Below, one piece after another: positions 9,249 through 18,365 of a stretch of 37,916 nt of DNA. Source of the stretch: Hyphomicrobiales bacterium (lineage in GTDB: Bacteria > Pseudomonadota > Alphaproteobacteria > Rhizobiales > Beijerinckiaceae). Made by a program: the position numbers and the translations under genes. The notes beneath the pieces were generated by a model. The model made no database searches. It was given only the letters and a program-made list of their open reading frames with translations, and was not told the origin of the DNA. Location: NCBI GenBank assembly GCA_038199665.1, contig JBBPYT010000410.1:1-37916 (forward strand), in the 5' to 3' direction. Every line of letters starts with the position of its first letter. Position 1 is the first letter of the stretch.

Positions 9249-10436
9249 TCAACGATGGGACGAGCTTTCGCCTGCCGGGACCCGCGCAAAATACCGTTCC
9301 AGCACGCGCTCGTACACGGCTTGCAGTCTGGCGAGATCGGCGACGTTGGCCCGCTCGTCGACAGCGTGCATGGTCGTGCCGACGAGGCCGAACTCCACCA
9401 CGGGACAATGGGCCGTGATGAAGCGGGCGTCGGAGGTCCCCCCCGTGGTCGAGAGCACGGGCTTTAGGCCAGTCTCGGCTTCGATCGCTTCGGTCACCAG
9501 AGCGGTGAAGCCGCCAGGCTCGGTGAGGAACGCCAGCGCGTTGCAGGGCGCCAGCCGGAGCTCATGACGGCCTGCCGGGTCGATCCGGCCCAGTCGCCGT
9601 TCAAGTTCTTTCTCAAGGTCATCAGGCGACCACAAGTCGTTGAATCGAATGTTGAAACGTGCACTTGCCATGGCCGGAATGACGTTGTTGGCAGGGTTCC
9701 CGACATCGATCGTGACAACCTCCAGGTTCGACGGGTCGAAATGTGCCGTACCGGCGTCGAGCGGCGTGTCGAGCAATGCCGACAACAGTCGGATCAGCCT
9801 CGGGATCGGATTGTCGGCGAGATGCGGATAAGCCACGTGGCCCTGACGGCCTTGGACCACCACTTCGCCGGTCAGCGATCCGCGCCGGCCGATCTTGACC
9901 ATCTCGCCAAGCCTGTTCGGGTTGGTGGGTTCGCCCACAATGCAGTGGTCGAAACGCTGGCCGCGCGAGCGCGCCCATTCCAGCAGTTTCACCGTCCCGT
10001 TCACGGCGGCTGCCTCCTCGTCGCCCGTGATGAGGAAGCCGATCGAACCTTCGGGTCGGCCGTGCTGCGCCACATAGGCGAGTGCGGCCGCGACCGAGGC
10101 CGCAACGCCGCCCTTCATGTCGCAGGCACCGCGACCCCAAACCATGCCGTCCGCCACAACTCCCGAGAAGGGCGGAAAACGCCATTGTGCGACATCGCCC
10201 GGCGGCACAACGTCCGTGTGCCCGGCGAAGACCAGGTAAGGCGCCCGGGTGCCGATGCGGGCGTAAAGGTTCTGGATGTCCGGCTGGCCCGGCTCGGAGA
10301 AGGTCAGCAGATCGGTCGCGAATCCGCCCTTGTCGAGCACGCCCGCCAGCAGAGCGAGTGCGCCGCCGTCGTCCGGCGTCACGGACGGGCAGCGAATGAG
10401 GGCTTGGGCAATATCGAGAACGGAAGGCCGGTTCAT
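9249..10436 (-). CDS. dapE: Succinyl-diaminopimelate desuccinylase
   Basis: [58 protein letters not shown]. The start overlaps the upstream stop (ATGA). Confidence 0.96.
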   Translation of the reverse strand: MNRPSVLDIAQALIRCPSVTPDDGGALALLAGVLDKGGFATDLLTFSEPGQPDIQNLYARIGTRAPYLVFAGHTDVVPPGDVAQWRFPPFSGVVADGMVWGRGACDMKGGVAASVAAALAYVAQHGRPEGSIGFLITGDEEAAAVNGTVKLLEWARSRGQRFDHCIVGEPTNPNRLGEMVKIGRRGSLTGEVVVQGRQGHVAYPHLADNPIPRLIRLLSALLDTPLDAGTAHFDPSNLEVVTIDVGNPANNVIPAMASARFNIRFNDLWSPDDLEKELERRLGRIDPAGRHELRLAPCNALAFLTEPGGFTALVTEAIEAETGLKPVLSTTGGTSDARFITAHCPVVEFGLVGTTMHAVDERANVADLARLQAVYERVLERYFARVPAGESSSHR

Positions 10437-10918
10437 ACGGCGGGCGCCCTGGTTGGGCCAAAGCCGAGGTCGACCACATTCCAAACCACGACAGCCAGAA
10501 CCACGACCAGCGCCGCGGGCGCCGTCCATTCCGGCAAGTCTCCGGAGGAACGCGGGACGAACCAGATCAGCGCGCCCGCCACAAGCAGCGTCAGCGGCAG
10601 TATGGCGGCCAGGGCCGCCGGACGGCCGCGGTCGCGGAACCGCTTGGCGCTGAGATTATATTCGCAGACGGCGATCAGGATCACGGCAAACGCAAAGCAG
10701 ACGAGATACGCGTGGGCCAACAGCGTCGCCGCATCGAGGAAGGGAGTTTTCGACAGATCGTGGCTGGCGTAGGGCCGCAGCAGCATCCATCCTCCGGTCA
10801 GAACGGCCGCGAGGAGCACGAGCGGAATCGTGCCCCGCCACCAGACCGCACCGCCGATCCGCCCGCGATCGGTCCGGAACAGGAAATCGAAAGAGCGGTC
10901 GGCCTCCAAAGCTATCAA
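10433..10918 (-). CDS. DUF805-like inner membrane protein
   Basis: [12 protein letters not shown] and [10 protein letters not shown] motifs with four hydrophobic segments; translationally coupled between dapD and dapE. Start is TTG 10918 or 10909. Confidence 0.75.
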   Translation of the reverse strand: MIALEADRSFDFLFRTDRGRIGGAVWWRGTIPLVLLAAVLTGGWMLLRPYASHDLSKTPFLDAATLLAHAYLVCFAFAVILIAVCEYNLSAKRFRDRGRPAALAAILPLTLLVAGALIWFVPRSSGDLPEWTAPAALVVVLAVVVWNVVDLGFGPTRAPAV

Positions 10919-11772
10919 TCTCTCAGCAGGTCGTTGATCGCCGTCTTGGCGCGGGTCTGCGCATCGACCGTTTTGACGATCACGGCGCAATAGAGGGAGG
11001 GCCCGGGCGTGCCGTCGGGCAGCGGCTTTCCGGCCAGGTTGCCCGAGACGACAACCGAATAGGGCGGGATGTAGCCCACGTAGGTCTCGCCCGTCGCCCG
11101 ATCGATGATCTTGGTCGAGGCCGAGACGAACACGCCCATGGCGATCACGGAGCCTTGGCCCACGACAACTCCTTCGACGACCTCGGATCGCGCGCCCACG
11201 AAACAATCGTCCTCGATGACGGTCGGGTTCGCCTGCAGCGGCTCGAGCACGCCGCCGATCCCGACCCCGCCGGAGAGGTGAACGTTGCGGCCGATCTGCG
11301 CGCACGATCCGACGGTCGCCCAGGTATCCACCATGGTGCCGCTGCCGACATGAGCGCCGAGGTTGACGAAGCAGGGCATCAGCACGACGCCGGGCGCGAT
11401 GAAGGCGGAGCGCCGCACGACGCAATTGGGCACGGCTCGGAAGCCCGCCGCCACCCATTGGTTTTCACTCCAGCCGTCGAACTTGGAAGGAACCTTGTCG
11501 AACCAGGTGCCGCCGCCCGGCCCACCCGGAATCGGCGCCATGTCGTTGAGCCGAAACGACAGGAGCACGGCCTTCTTCAGCCATTGATGGACAGTCCAGG
11601 ACTGCGGGCCCGTCTGGCCCGGAACTTTCTCGGCGACGCGCAAGCTGCCATTGTCGAGGAGGTTCAGGGCATGGTCGACGGCGTCCCGGATTTCGCCTCC
11701 GGTGTTTGGCCCGATCGCCGCACGATCCTCGAACGCCTGTTCGATAATGGCCTGAAGTCCGCCGTGGTCCAT
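10915..11772 (-). CDS. dapD: Tetrahydrodipicolinate N-succinyltransferase
   Basis: [56 protein letters not shown]. Confidence 0.97.
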   Translation of the reverse strand: MDHGGLQAIIEQAFEDRAAIGPNTGGEIRDAVDHALNLLDNGSLRVAEKVPGQTGPQSWTVHQWLKKAVLLSFRLNDMAPIPGGPGGGTWFDKVPSKFDGWSENQWVAAGFRAVPNCVVRRSAFIAPGVVLMPCFVNLGAHVGSGTMVDTWATVGSCAQIGRNVHLSGGVGIGGVLEPLQANPTVIEDDCFVGARSEVVEGVVVGQGSVIAMGVFVSASTKIIDRATGETYVGYIPPYSVVVSGNLAGKPLPDGTPGPSLYCAVIVKTVDAQTRAKTAINDLLRD

Positions 11773-11807
11773 GGGGCTGCCGCGCTCCTCGATCTTGGTG
11801 CCGGCGT

Positions 11808-11836
11808 GGTTTCGGGCGACGCGCCGGGGTTGTCAA
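11808..11836 (-). promoter_or_regulatory. Possible sigma70 promoter of dapD-DUF805-dapE
   Basis: Perfect TTGACA (11836-11831), 17 nt spacer, weak -10 (GAAACC). Confidence 0.35.
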
Positions 11837-12186
11837 CTTTGGTGACCGGGACTCCTTTCGTGGAATGATCGCCAGCCCCGATCGGGACGACCCGTGAGCG
11901 TATTCGTCGCAAGCCGCCGATCCCGACTGTCCGTGAGACTCTCGCCATCTCCTCGACGCGCGCATCTGCGCCGAAGTGCTGCGGCACGGCTCCGTCGCAA
12001 GTCGGCCCAACGGCCCTGAGATGCTTGACGGGGCGGAGGCTCCGAAGCTCGAGAGCGTTGGCATGAGTTGCATTCTGACGGAGGTTCACGCGGGCACCTC
12101 CCTCGTCCCGGGCTGACATCAGGTCTTGCCCGCCGGAGCACGGTCCGGCCAAAAGCTCTTCGCCAGCAAATGAAGGACAGAACGGT

Positions 12187-12213
12187 TCGCTTCGGCAGCA
12201 TGCTGCCAAGCGA
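12187..12213 (-). terminator. Hairpin downstream of the carrier protein gene
   Basis: TCGCTT-C-GGCAGC-AT-GCTGCC-AAGCGA inverted repeat starting 18 nt past the ACP stop; only a weak U-tract. Confidence 0.4.
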
Positions 12214-12230
12214 GCTACCGCATCGATCCT

Positions 12231-12521
12231 TCAGCTCGTTGCGACGGCGTCGTCCGATGTGGCCGGATCGAGCCTTCCGATTAAGCTGTCGATCGATAGG
12301 ATGGACCGGAAGTTCTCGAGCGTGATGTCGGGCGCCGGGATGATGATGTCGAAATCGGCTTCGACCGAGAGCATCAATTCGACCATGTCGATAGACGTCA
12401 GGCCGAGTTTCGCGAGTTCCGTCTCCGGCGGGAGGGGACCGGCGACCGAATGTTTCGCGAGGATGTCATAGACGAGCCCGGCAACCTTTTCGATCCGGCG
12501 CTGGGCGGGTCGATCCGGCAT
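12231..12521 (-). CDS. Carrier protein (phosphopantetheine-binding; aminoacyl carrier protein type)
   Basis: AGGAGG RBS and ATG 12521; LAKLGLTSIDMVELMLSVEADFDI with the attachment serine; ITLENFRS. Confidence 0.9.
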   Translation of the reverse strand: MPDRPAQRRIEKVAGLVYDILAKHSVAGPLPPETELAKLGLTSIDMVELMLSVEADFDIIIPAPDITLENFRSILSIDSLIGRLDPATSDDAVATS

Positions 12522-12584
12522 TTTGTCCCTCCTACTCCTCACTCGCAAAGCGCACGCGGAAAGCCGTCCGGCCGCCCCATGGAA

Positions 12585-12745
12585 CTAACCTCAAAAGCCT
12601 AACTCTCGCTAAATGTTAGATTTTCCCAACCTGAAGCACTCGATTTAGTAACGTCGATTATCGCAATGTATTAAATTTAATTCAAATTCATCGTTAACGT
12701 GGATTATAGCAGACAGCAACAATCTTCCACCTTATTACTGTTTTG
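12585..12745. promoter_or_regulatory. AT-rich divergent promoter region
   Basis: Strongly AT-rich relative to the flanks; contains the perfect palindrome ATTAAATTTAAT (12670-12681) and GTTAAC (12693-12698). Confidence 0.6.
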
Positions 12746-12785
12746 AGTAGCCTCGCACGTCGAGATTTGGAGGAGCCGTTCCATC

Positions 12786-14018
12786 ATGATGATGATCGAT
12801 GTCCGGGGCAGTCAAACCTTGCGCCGCGATGCCGGAAAACTCGGCATCGCGGCGCAAGAACCTGCCGGCTTCGCGGCAGGAGCCGATGCGGTCGCCGCCA
12901 TCGCGGCCAGGCATGCCGCAACGGTCGACAGCGAGGCACGCTTCCCTTTCGAAGCGATCGACGCGGCTCGGCAGGAAGGGCTGCTGGGCATGATGGTACC
13001 GCGTGATCTCGGCGGGGAGGGCGCCGGCCTCGGCGAGGTCATGGATGTTTGCTACAGGCTCGGCCGCGCCTGTTCTTCGACCGCGATGATTTTCGCGATG
13101 CATCAAACGAAGGTCGCCTGCGTGGTCAACCATGGCCGGGGCAACCCCTGGCATGAGCATATGCTGCGGCGGCTGTGCGCCGACCAACTGCTTCTGGCAT
13201 CCTCGACGACGGAGGGGCAGAACGGCGGCAATATACGGTCGAGTGCGGCGCCGGTCGAAGCCGACGGATCGAGAATCGCGCTCGACCGCGCCGCGACCGT
13301 CATTTCGTACGGTGCCCAGGCCGACGGCATCGTCACCACGGCCCGGCGGTCGGCCGAGGCGGCGAGTTCGGACCAGGTGCTGGTGGTCTTCCTCAAGGAC
13401 GACTATTCGCTCGAACGCACCCTCGGATGGGACACGCTCGGCATGCGTGGCACCTGCAGCGCCGGATTCGCGCTCCGTGCGTCCGGCGGCAGCGACCAGA
13501 TCCTGCCCGTCCCCTACGACAAGATCCATGCCCAGACCATGACGCCGGTGGCGCATCTATGCTGGTCCGCCGTGTGGAGCGGCATTGCGGCCGATGCGGT
13601 CGAACGCGCCCAGAATTTCACGCGCAAGGCGGCGCGCGGCGCGGGCGGGCAGCTTCCCCCCGGCGCCGCTCATTACACCAAGGCGACGTCGTCGCTCCGG
13701 ACTTTGCGTGGGCTCGTCAACGCGGCGCTGCGGCGCTATGAGAAGGCGCTCGAGGATGAGCGGCTTCTGGGCTCCATCGACTTTCAGACCGCGATCGCCC
13801 TCACCAAGGTGGACGCTTCCGAACTGGCGGTGACGACCGTGATGAGCGCCCTGCGGGCTTGCGGCCTTTCGGGCTATCGCAACGACGGCGACGCCAGCGT
13901 AGGCCGGCAATTGCGCGACGTGCTGTCCTCGCCACTGATGATCAACAACGACCGGATCTTGACCAGCTTGTCGACCGCTTCGCTGATGAGCGTCGTGCCG
14001 GCTTCGTTGATCGACTGA
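12786..14018 (+). CDS. Acyl-CoA/acyl-ACP dehydrogenase family protein associated with aa:CP ligases
   Basis: GGAGG RBS; ARFPFEAIDA, LGGEG, FAMHQ, LLASSTTEG, WDTLGMRGTCS, GLSGYRND..RQLRD. Confidence 0.9.
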   Translation: MMMIDVRGSQTLRRDAGKLGIAAQEPAGFAAGADAVAAIAARHAATVDSEARFPFEAIDAARQEGLLGMMVPRDLGGEGAGLGEVMDVCYRLGRACSSTAMIFAMHQTKVACVVNHGRGNPWHEHMLRRLCADQLLLASSTTEGQNGGNIRSSAAPVEADGSRIALDRAATVISYGAQADGIVTTARRSAEAASSDQVLVVFLKDDYSLERTLGWDTLGMRGTCSAGFALRASGGSDQILPVPYDKIHAQTMTPVAHLCWSAVWSGIAADAVERAQNFTRKAARGAGGQLPPGAAHYTKATSSLRTLRGLVNAALRRYEKALEDERLLGSIDFQTAIALTKVDASELAVTTVMSALRACGLSGYRNDGDASVGRQLRDVLSSPLMINNDRILTSLSTASLMSVVPASLID

Positions 14019-14064
14019 CCGCGAGGGCTATGCCCCGTCCGTCCAATCTGGAGCTTCTACTCGG

Positions 14065-15003
14065 ATGAACGCACCTTTGAGGACTACCAAAACCTATACC
14101 GATACCGATACCGATCCTCGATTAAGCGAACTTGGCGCGGCCTTGTTCCGCCCAATGGGGGCCGATGGGGTTTACGGACGCACGGGCTTGTACGAGGACG
14201 TCGTCGAACGCCTCGCGGCTTTCATCACGCGCCATCGCGAGCCAGACACGGAAGTCCTGCGGTTCCCGCCCGTGATGACCCGCAGCATGATCGAGAAATC
14301 GGGCTATCTCAAAAGCTTCCCCAACCTGCTCGGTTGCGTGTGCGGGCTGCACGGTACGGAAGCCGAAATCCGTTCGGCCGTCGGCCGGTTCGAAGCTGGA
14401 GGCGATTGGACGACATCGCTGTCGCCCGCCGATCTCGTGCTTACCCCGGCGGCCTGCTATCCGGTCTACCCGCTGGTAGCCGGGCGGGGACCCGTCCCCG
14501 CGAACGGCCTGCGGTTCGATGTCGCGAGCGACTGCTTCCGCCGGGAGCCGTCGCGCGATCTCGACCGGCTGCAATCCTTTCGCATGCGCGAATATGTCTG
14601 TATCGGAACGCCCGACGACGTGACGAACTTCCGCGAGCGCTGGATATCCCGCGCGCAGGCCATGACGACGCAGCTCGGCCTCAGTCACACGGTGGACCAG
14701 GCGAGCGATCCGTTCTTCGGCCGGGTCGGCCAGATGAGGGCCGTGAGCCAACTGCAGCAATCGCTGAAGTTCGAACTGCTGGTCCCGGTGCATTCGGCCG
14801 AAAAGCCGACTGCCTGCATGAGCTTCAACAATCACCGCGAGCATTTCGGTGCGGTCTGGAACATCCGCGACCACGCCGGCAATCTCGCCCACACGGGCTG
14901 CGTCGCCTTCGGCATGGACCGGCTCGCCATCGCGATGTTCGCGACGCATGGGCTTGGCGTTGAAACCTGGCCCGAAACGGTCCGCGCGGCTCTGGGCTTC
15001 TGA
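14065..15003 (+). CDS. Amino acid--[acyl-carrier-protein] ligase (stand-alone catalytic domain homologous to atypical SerRS)
   Basis: SGYLKSFP, PAACYPVY, motif 2 CFRREPS..RLQSFRMREY, ACMSFN, motif 3 HTGCVAFGMDR. No tRNA-binding domain; next to a carrier protein. Confidence 0.93.
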   Translation: MNAPLRTTKTYTDTDTDPRLSELGAALFRPMGADGVYGRTGLYEDVVERLAAFITRHREPDTEVLRFPPVMTRSMIEKSGYLKSFPNLLGCVCGLHGTEAEIRSAVGRFEAGGDWTTSLSPADLVLTPAACYPVYPLVAGRGPVPANGLRFDVASDCFRREPSRDLDRLQSFRMREYVCIGTPDDVTNFRERWISRAQAMTTQLGLSHTVDQASDPFFGRVGQMRAVSQLQQSLKFELLVPVHSAEKPTACMSFNNHREHFGAVWNIRDHAGNLAHTGCVAFGMDRLAIAMFATHGLGVETWPETVRAALGF

Positions 15004-15010
15004 AAGCTGC

Positions 15011-15409
15011 TCAGGATGCCGGGTTGAGCGGCGACGCGCCATCGGCTGCGCCGGAATCGAGAAGGTGAGGCTGCAGCGTGCCGTGCGGGCTCAGCTTGTC
15101 GACGAGCCCCGGCAGCGCGTGCGCGATGGCCTGCGACAGCTGGTCGGGCGACATGCCGAGGCGGCTCGCCACGTTGGCCAAGGGACCGTGCCCGAGCGCG
15201 TTGCCGATCTCCTCGGGGGAGACCGGCTGGTTCTGGCCGGTGCCCAGCCATGACGCGACTTGCCCGCCGAGACCCGCCTGCTGCAGTTTCGCCAGAACGC
15301 CTGGTACGCCGCCCATCTGGTTGAAAACCTGCCCCAGCACCGCTTGGGGGCCCCCGTACTGGTCGAGCAGATTGCCGAGCAGACCGCCGAGATTGCCGAA
15401 TAGGCTCAT
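15011..15409 (-). CDS. yidB: YidB (DUF937) family protein
   Basis: GGGAG RBS and ATG 15409; LQQAGLGGQVASWLGTGQNQPVSPEEI, LPGLVDKLSPHG. Confidence 0.88.
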   Translation of the reverse strand: MSLFGNLGGLLGNLLDQYGGPQAVLGQVFNQMGGVPGVLAKLQQAGLGGQVASWLGTGQNQPVSPEEIGNALGHGPLANVASRLGMSPDQLSQAIAHALPGLVDKLSPHGTLQPHLLDSGAADGASPLNPAS

Positions 15410-15538
15410 GATGGCTCCCATGACCAGCGAGTTCGGCGTGACCACACCACCTTTCCACCCGGGCCGCAACTGCGCTATTCCGTAGTAAGGGATCGGCTTG
15501 GAACCGAAGGTCGAGATCCACACGAGCGGAGGCGAGCC

Positions 15539-16408
15539 ATGCAACCACCAACGGCCGGGGCCATGCACGGCAAGACCGTCGTGGTGACCGGTGGTACGTC
15601 CGGAATCGGCGGGGTCGCGGCGCTGGCCCTGGCGCGTGCCGGCGCACGGATCGTGCTCGTGGCGCGCGATTCGCAGCGGGCGGAAGCGACGCTGCGGCGG
15701 CTTCGCGAGGAGGGCCCCGGGCTTGGTCACGCGCTGCACCTCGCCGATTTGTCCCGACTCTACGAAATCAAGCGGGTTGGGGCTGAAATCGCTACCGCGG
15801 AGCCTCGGATCGATGTGCTGGTCAACAACGCAGGCGCCCTGTTCGATCGCATGCAGACCACCGAGGATGGACTCGAGCGCACCTTCGCGACCAACCACAT
15901 CGCCTATTTCGTGCTGACGGAGGCGCTGCGGGAGCGGCTCGCGGCGTCGGTGCCGGCGCGGATCGTCAACACGGCATCGGGCGCGCATCGCGGCGCGACA
16001 CTCGACTGGTCGGACCTGCAATCGACGAAGAACTACAGCGGCTTCAAGGCCTATAGCCGCTCGAAGCTCTACAACATCCTGTTCACGCGCGAGCTGGCGC
16101 GCCGGCTCCATGGCGTTGGCGTAGCTGCCAACTGCCTGCACCCCGGCTTCGTCGCGACAAGGTTCGCGGACGGAACCAGCGGTTTCACGCGGCTTGGCGC
16201 GCGGGTCGCGAAGGCGCTATTCGCGATCCCACCCGAGAAGGGGGCCGAGACCATCGTCTACCTGGCCTCCTCGCCCGAGGTGGAGGGCGTAACGGGACGC
16301 TATTTCGCCAAATGCCGGCCCGCCACGACGACCGCCATCGCCCAGGACGAGGACGCTGCTCGCCGGCTGTGGGACGTGTCGGCGGAACTGACGGGTGTTG
16401 GGGCATAG
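15539..16408 (+). CDS. Short-chain dehydrogenase/reductase (retinol dehydrogenase-like)
   Basis: TGGTSGIG, LVNNAG, TEDGLERTFATNH, YSRSK, LHPGFVAT. Confidence 0.93.
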   Translation: MQPPTAGAMHGKTVVVTGGTSGIGGVAALALARAGARIVLVARDSQRAEATLRRLREEGPGLGHALHLADLSRLYEIKRVGAEIATAEPRIDVLVNNAGALFDRMQTTEDGLERTFATNHIAYFVLTEALRERLAASVPARIVNTASGAHRGATLDWSDLQSTKNYSGFKAYSRSKLYNILFTRELARRLHGVGVAANCLHPGFVATRFADGTSGFTRLGARVAKALFAIPPEKGAETIVYLASSPEVEGVTGRYFAKCRPATTTAIAQDEDAARRLWDVSAELTGVGA

Positions 16409-16683
16409 CGCCCCCGGAGCGAGACCGCTTTGCAGGCCCCCGGCTGTAGACTCCAAGCGCAAAACATGTTCCAGCGACGGCCGGAACAGGGGCGAAGATC
16501 ACTCCGGCATCATTGGCGGCTCGGCTTCTCGCCTTGCCTGCTTTTAATCTTTCCTAAACGCTCCCAAGTCTTTGCGGTTGACAGTTTTGCCAACACAGGA
16601 ATTTGTGGAAGGTCGATACAGTTTGATGGAGATGAGCCAGCGCCGGATCCGGTTAGATCGGTGCTGCAAGTAACCAGCAGGGT

Positions 16684-17232
16684 TTGCCCGTGCGTATCCA
16701 ACATTCCGCCGCGTGTCGCGGTCACCTCCTGCCAACCCTTCTGGCGTTCGGCCTGCTTGCGGCAGGGACGAGAATCGTCGCCTCCGAAACGCCCACCGCT
16801 GTCGCTCCCGCTCCGCCCACCGCCACCCCTTTGGCCGACGAGGCGCCTTCCACCGATGCCCGGATCGTGGTGGTCGAATGGAAGATCAAGAAAGGGCACG
16901 AGCAGGAATTCCTCGACTATTGGGCGACAAAGTCCACCGTGCCCGACCGCTCCGGCCTGGTCGCCGAATTCATGTCGAGCGAAGAAAGTCGGGACCGCTT
17001 TCCCTGGATCAATTGGGTCAACGCCGAGAGCGCCGATTATTCAACCTTCTACAACATCGGGATCTGGCGCAAGTCCGACGACTTCATGGGCCAGATCGGC
17101 AAATATATCGACAACAACCGGCCGCCGATGCCGTTCGAGGCGGACCATCGGCATAGAGTTTTCCTCGAGCCGGTGAAATGGCGCATCGGCGTGGCCGCCC
17201 TGCCGGCCAAGGATGCCAAGGGCGTCAGGTAA
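16684..17232 (+). CDS. Exported protein with an ABM-like (dimeric alpha-beta barrel) domain
   Basis: Hydrophobic N-terminus, Pro/Ala linker, then VVEWKIKKGHEQEFLDYW..FYNIGIWRKSDDF. Strong GC3 bias. Start uncertain (TTG 16684 or GTG 16690). Confidence 0.65.
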   Translation: MPVRIQHSAACRGHLLPTLLAFGLLAAGTRIVASETPTAVAPAPPTATPLADEAPSTDARIVVVEWKIKKGHEQEFLDYWATKSTVPDRSGLVAEFMSSEESRDRFPWINWVNAESADYSTFYNIGIWRKSDDFMGQIGKYIDNNRPPMPFEADHRHRVFLEPVKWRIGVAALPAKDAKGVR

Positions 17233-17276
17233 CGAGTCAAGGCGCAGCCGGCCTGGGCCGAGCCCGGCTCACGCGG

Positions 17277-18365
17277 TCACGTCTTTTTCGGTGTCTCGGC
17301 CAAGTCTCCGGTGAACAGGAAGGGCGCCACGTCCTTCACGCCCGGGGGCCTGTCGATGCCGAACGGCATGGGCCGACACACCGCCATGGCGGACAGGCCG
17401 ACCCGCGTGGTCAAAAATCCGTTCAGCACGCCCTCGCCGAGCCGCGCCGAAAGTTTCGCCGCGATGCCGTGACCGACAACCTGCTGCACCAGGCTGTCGC
17501 CGACCGCCATCCCGCCGGTGACGGCCAGGTGGGATCCCACCGAGCGGGCCAGCTTCAGGAAGCCGAGAAGTCCCGGCCTGCCGCTGTAGATTTCGGCGAT
17601 CTGTCGCACCAGCAGGATCAGCTGGGCCACTACGAACAGAAGGTCGAGGACGGCGCGCGGGCTGATGGCGGTCACCACCGAAACGCGTCGGGCCGCCGCG
17701 GCGATTTCGCGCCTGACCCGCATATCGAGCGGCAGCATCAGGGTGCGCTCGGCGATGTCGACGAGGTCGCGACCGTCGATGATCTCACGCGACGCTTGGG
17801 CCAGTTCGGCGCGCGCCCGCGCCGTCTCGGCACGGTCGGCATAAAGAAGAGCGAGTTCGCCCAATCGCTCGCGGGCGGTGTCGCGGTCATCGGCCAGCCT
17901 GGCGGTGGCGATGGCTTCATGCAGCCGGGCAACACGGCCTTGCCGGAAAATGCCCGCGATTTCGCGAACTGCAAGCGCCAGCAGCGCCAGGATCAGCAGG
18001 CCCGCCAGGATCACGCTCACCCAGCCGAGCGCGACAGCGCGGTTGAAAAGCTCCTCGATGAGTCGCGAGACCCACAGACCGAAAGCCAGGGACGCCAGTC
18101 CGCCGAGCGTCGACCAGAACAGGGCGCCCCAGGTCAGCCGACCGCGGCGCTTCATGCCTTGCGCTTGCGCGATCTCGGTCGCGATCTCGGCAGGCGGCAG
18201 GGCTCGAAGCAGCATTTCAGCTTCGCGAAGATAGGCGTCGGCCTGCGGTTCGACCGTGGCCGGCTCCGGCGTCGACCCAAAACGTGGATCCGGCGGAGTT
18301 TCGGCCGCGTCCAGCCGGAAGGCGCGAGGCCGGCGCCGAGGGCCGTCGTTGCGAGGGTCTGTCAC
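17277..18365 (-). CDS. ycjF: YcjF / UPF0283 membrane protein
   Basis: VSVVTAISPRA..D, SARLGEG..NG..T.RVG..AM..CRPMPF; coupled to ycjX. Confidence 0.92.
   Translation of the reverse strand: MTDPRNDGPRRRPRAFRLDAAETPPDPRFGSTPEPATVEPQADAYLREAEMLLRALPPAEIATEIAQAQGMKRRGRLTWGALFWSTLGGLASLAFGLWVSRLIEELFNRAVALGWVSVILAGLLILALLALAVREIAGIFRQGRVARLHEAIATARLADDRDTARERLGELALLYADRAETARARAELAQASREIIDGRDLVDIAERTLMLPLDMRVRREIAAAARRVSVVTAISPRAVLDLLFVVAQLILLVRQIAEIYSGRPGLLGFLKLARSVGSHLAVTGGMAVGDSLVQQVVGHGIAAKLSARLGEGVLNGFLTTRVGLSAMAVCRPMPFGIDRPPGVKDVAPFLFTGDLAETPKKT

Noticed and set aside
11883-11894. CGGG-ACGA-CCCG guanidine-II-like hairpin
   Set aside because: Only one hairpin, and no plus-strand gene follows it.
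14096-14115. ATACCG x3 microsatellite in the ligase 5' end as a phase-variation switch
   Set aside because: The unit is 6 nt, so slippage keeps the frame; only three copies, in a variable N-terminus.
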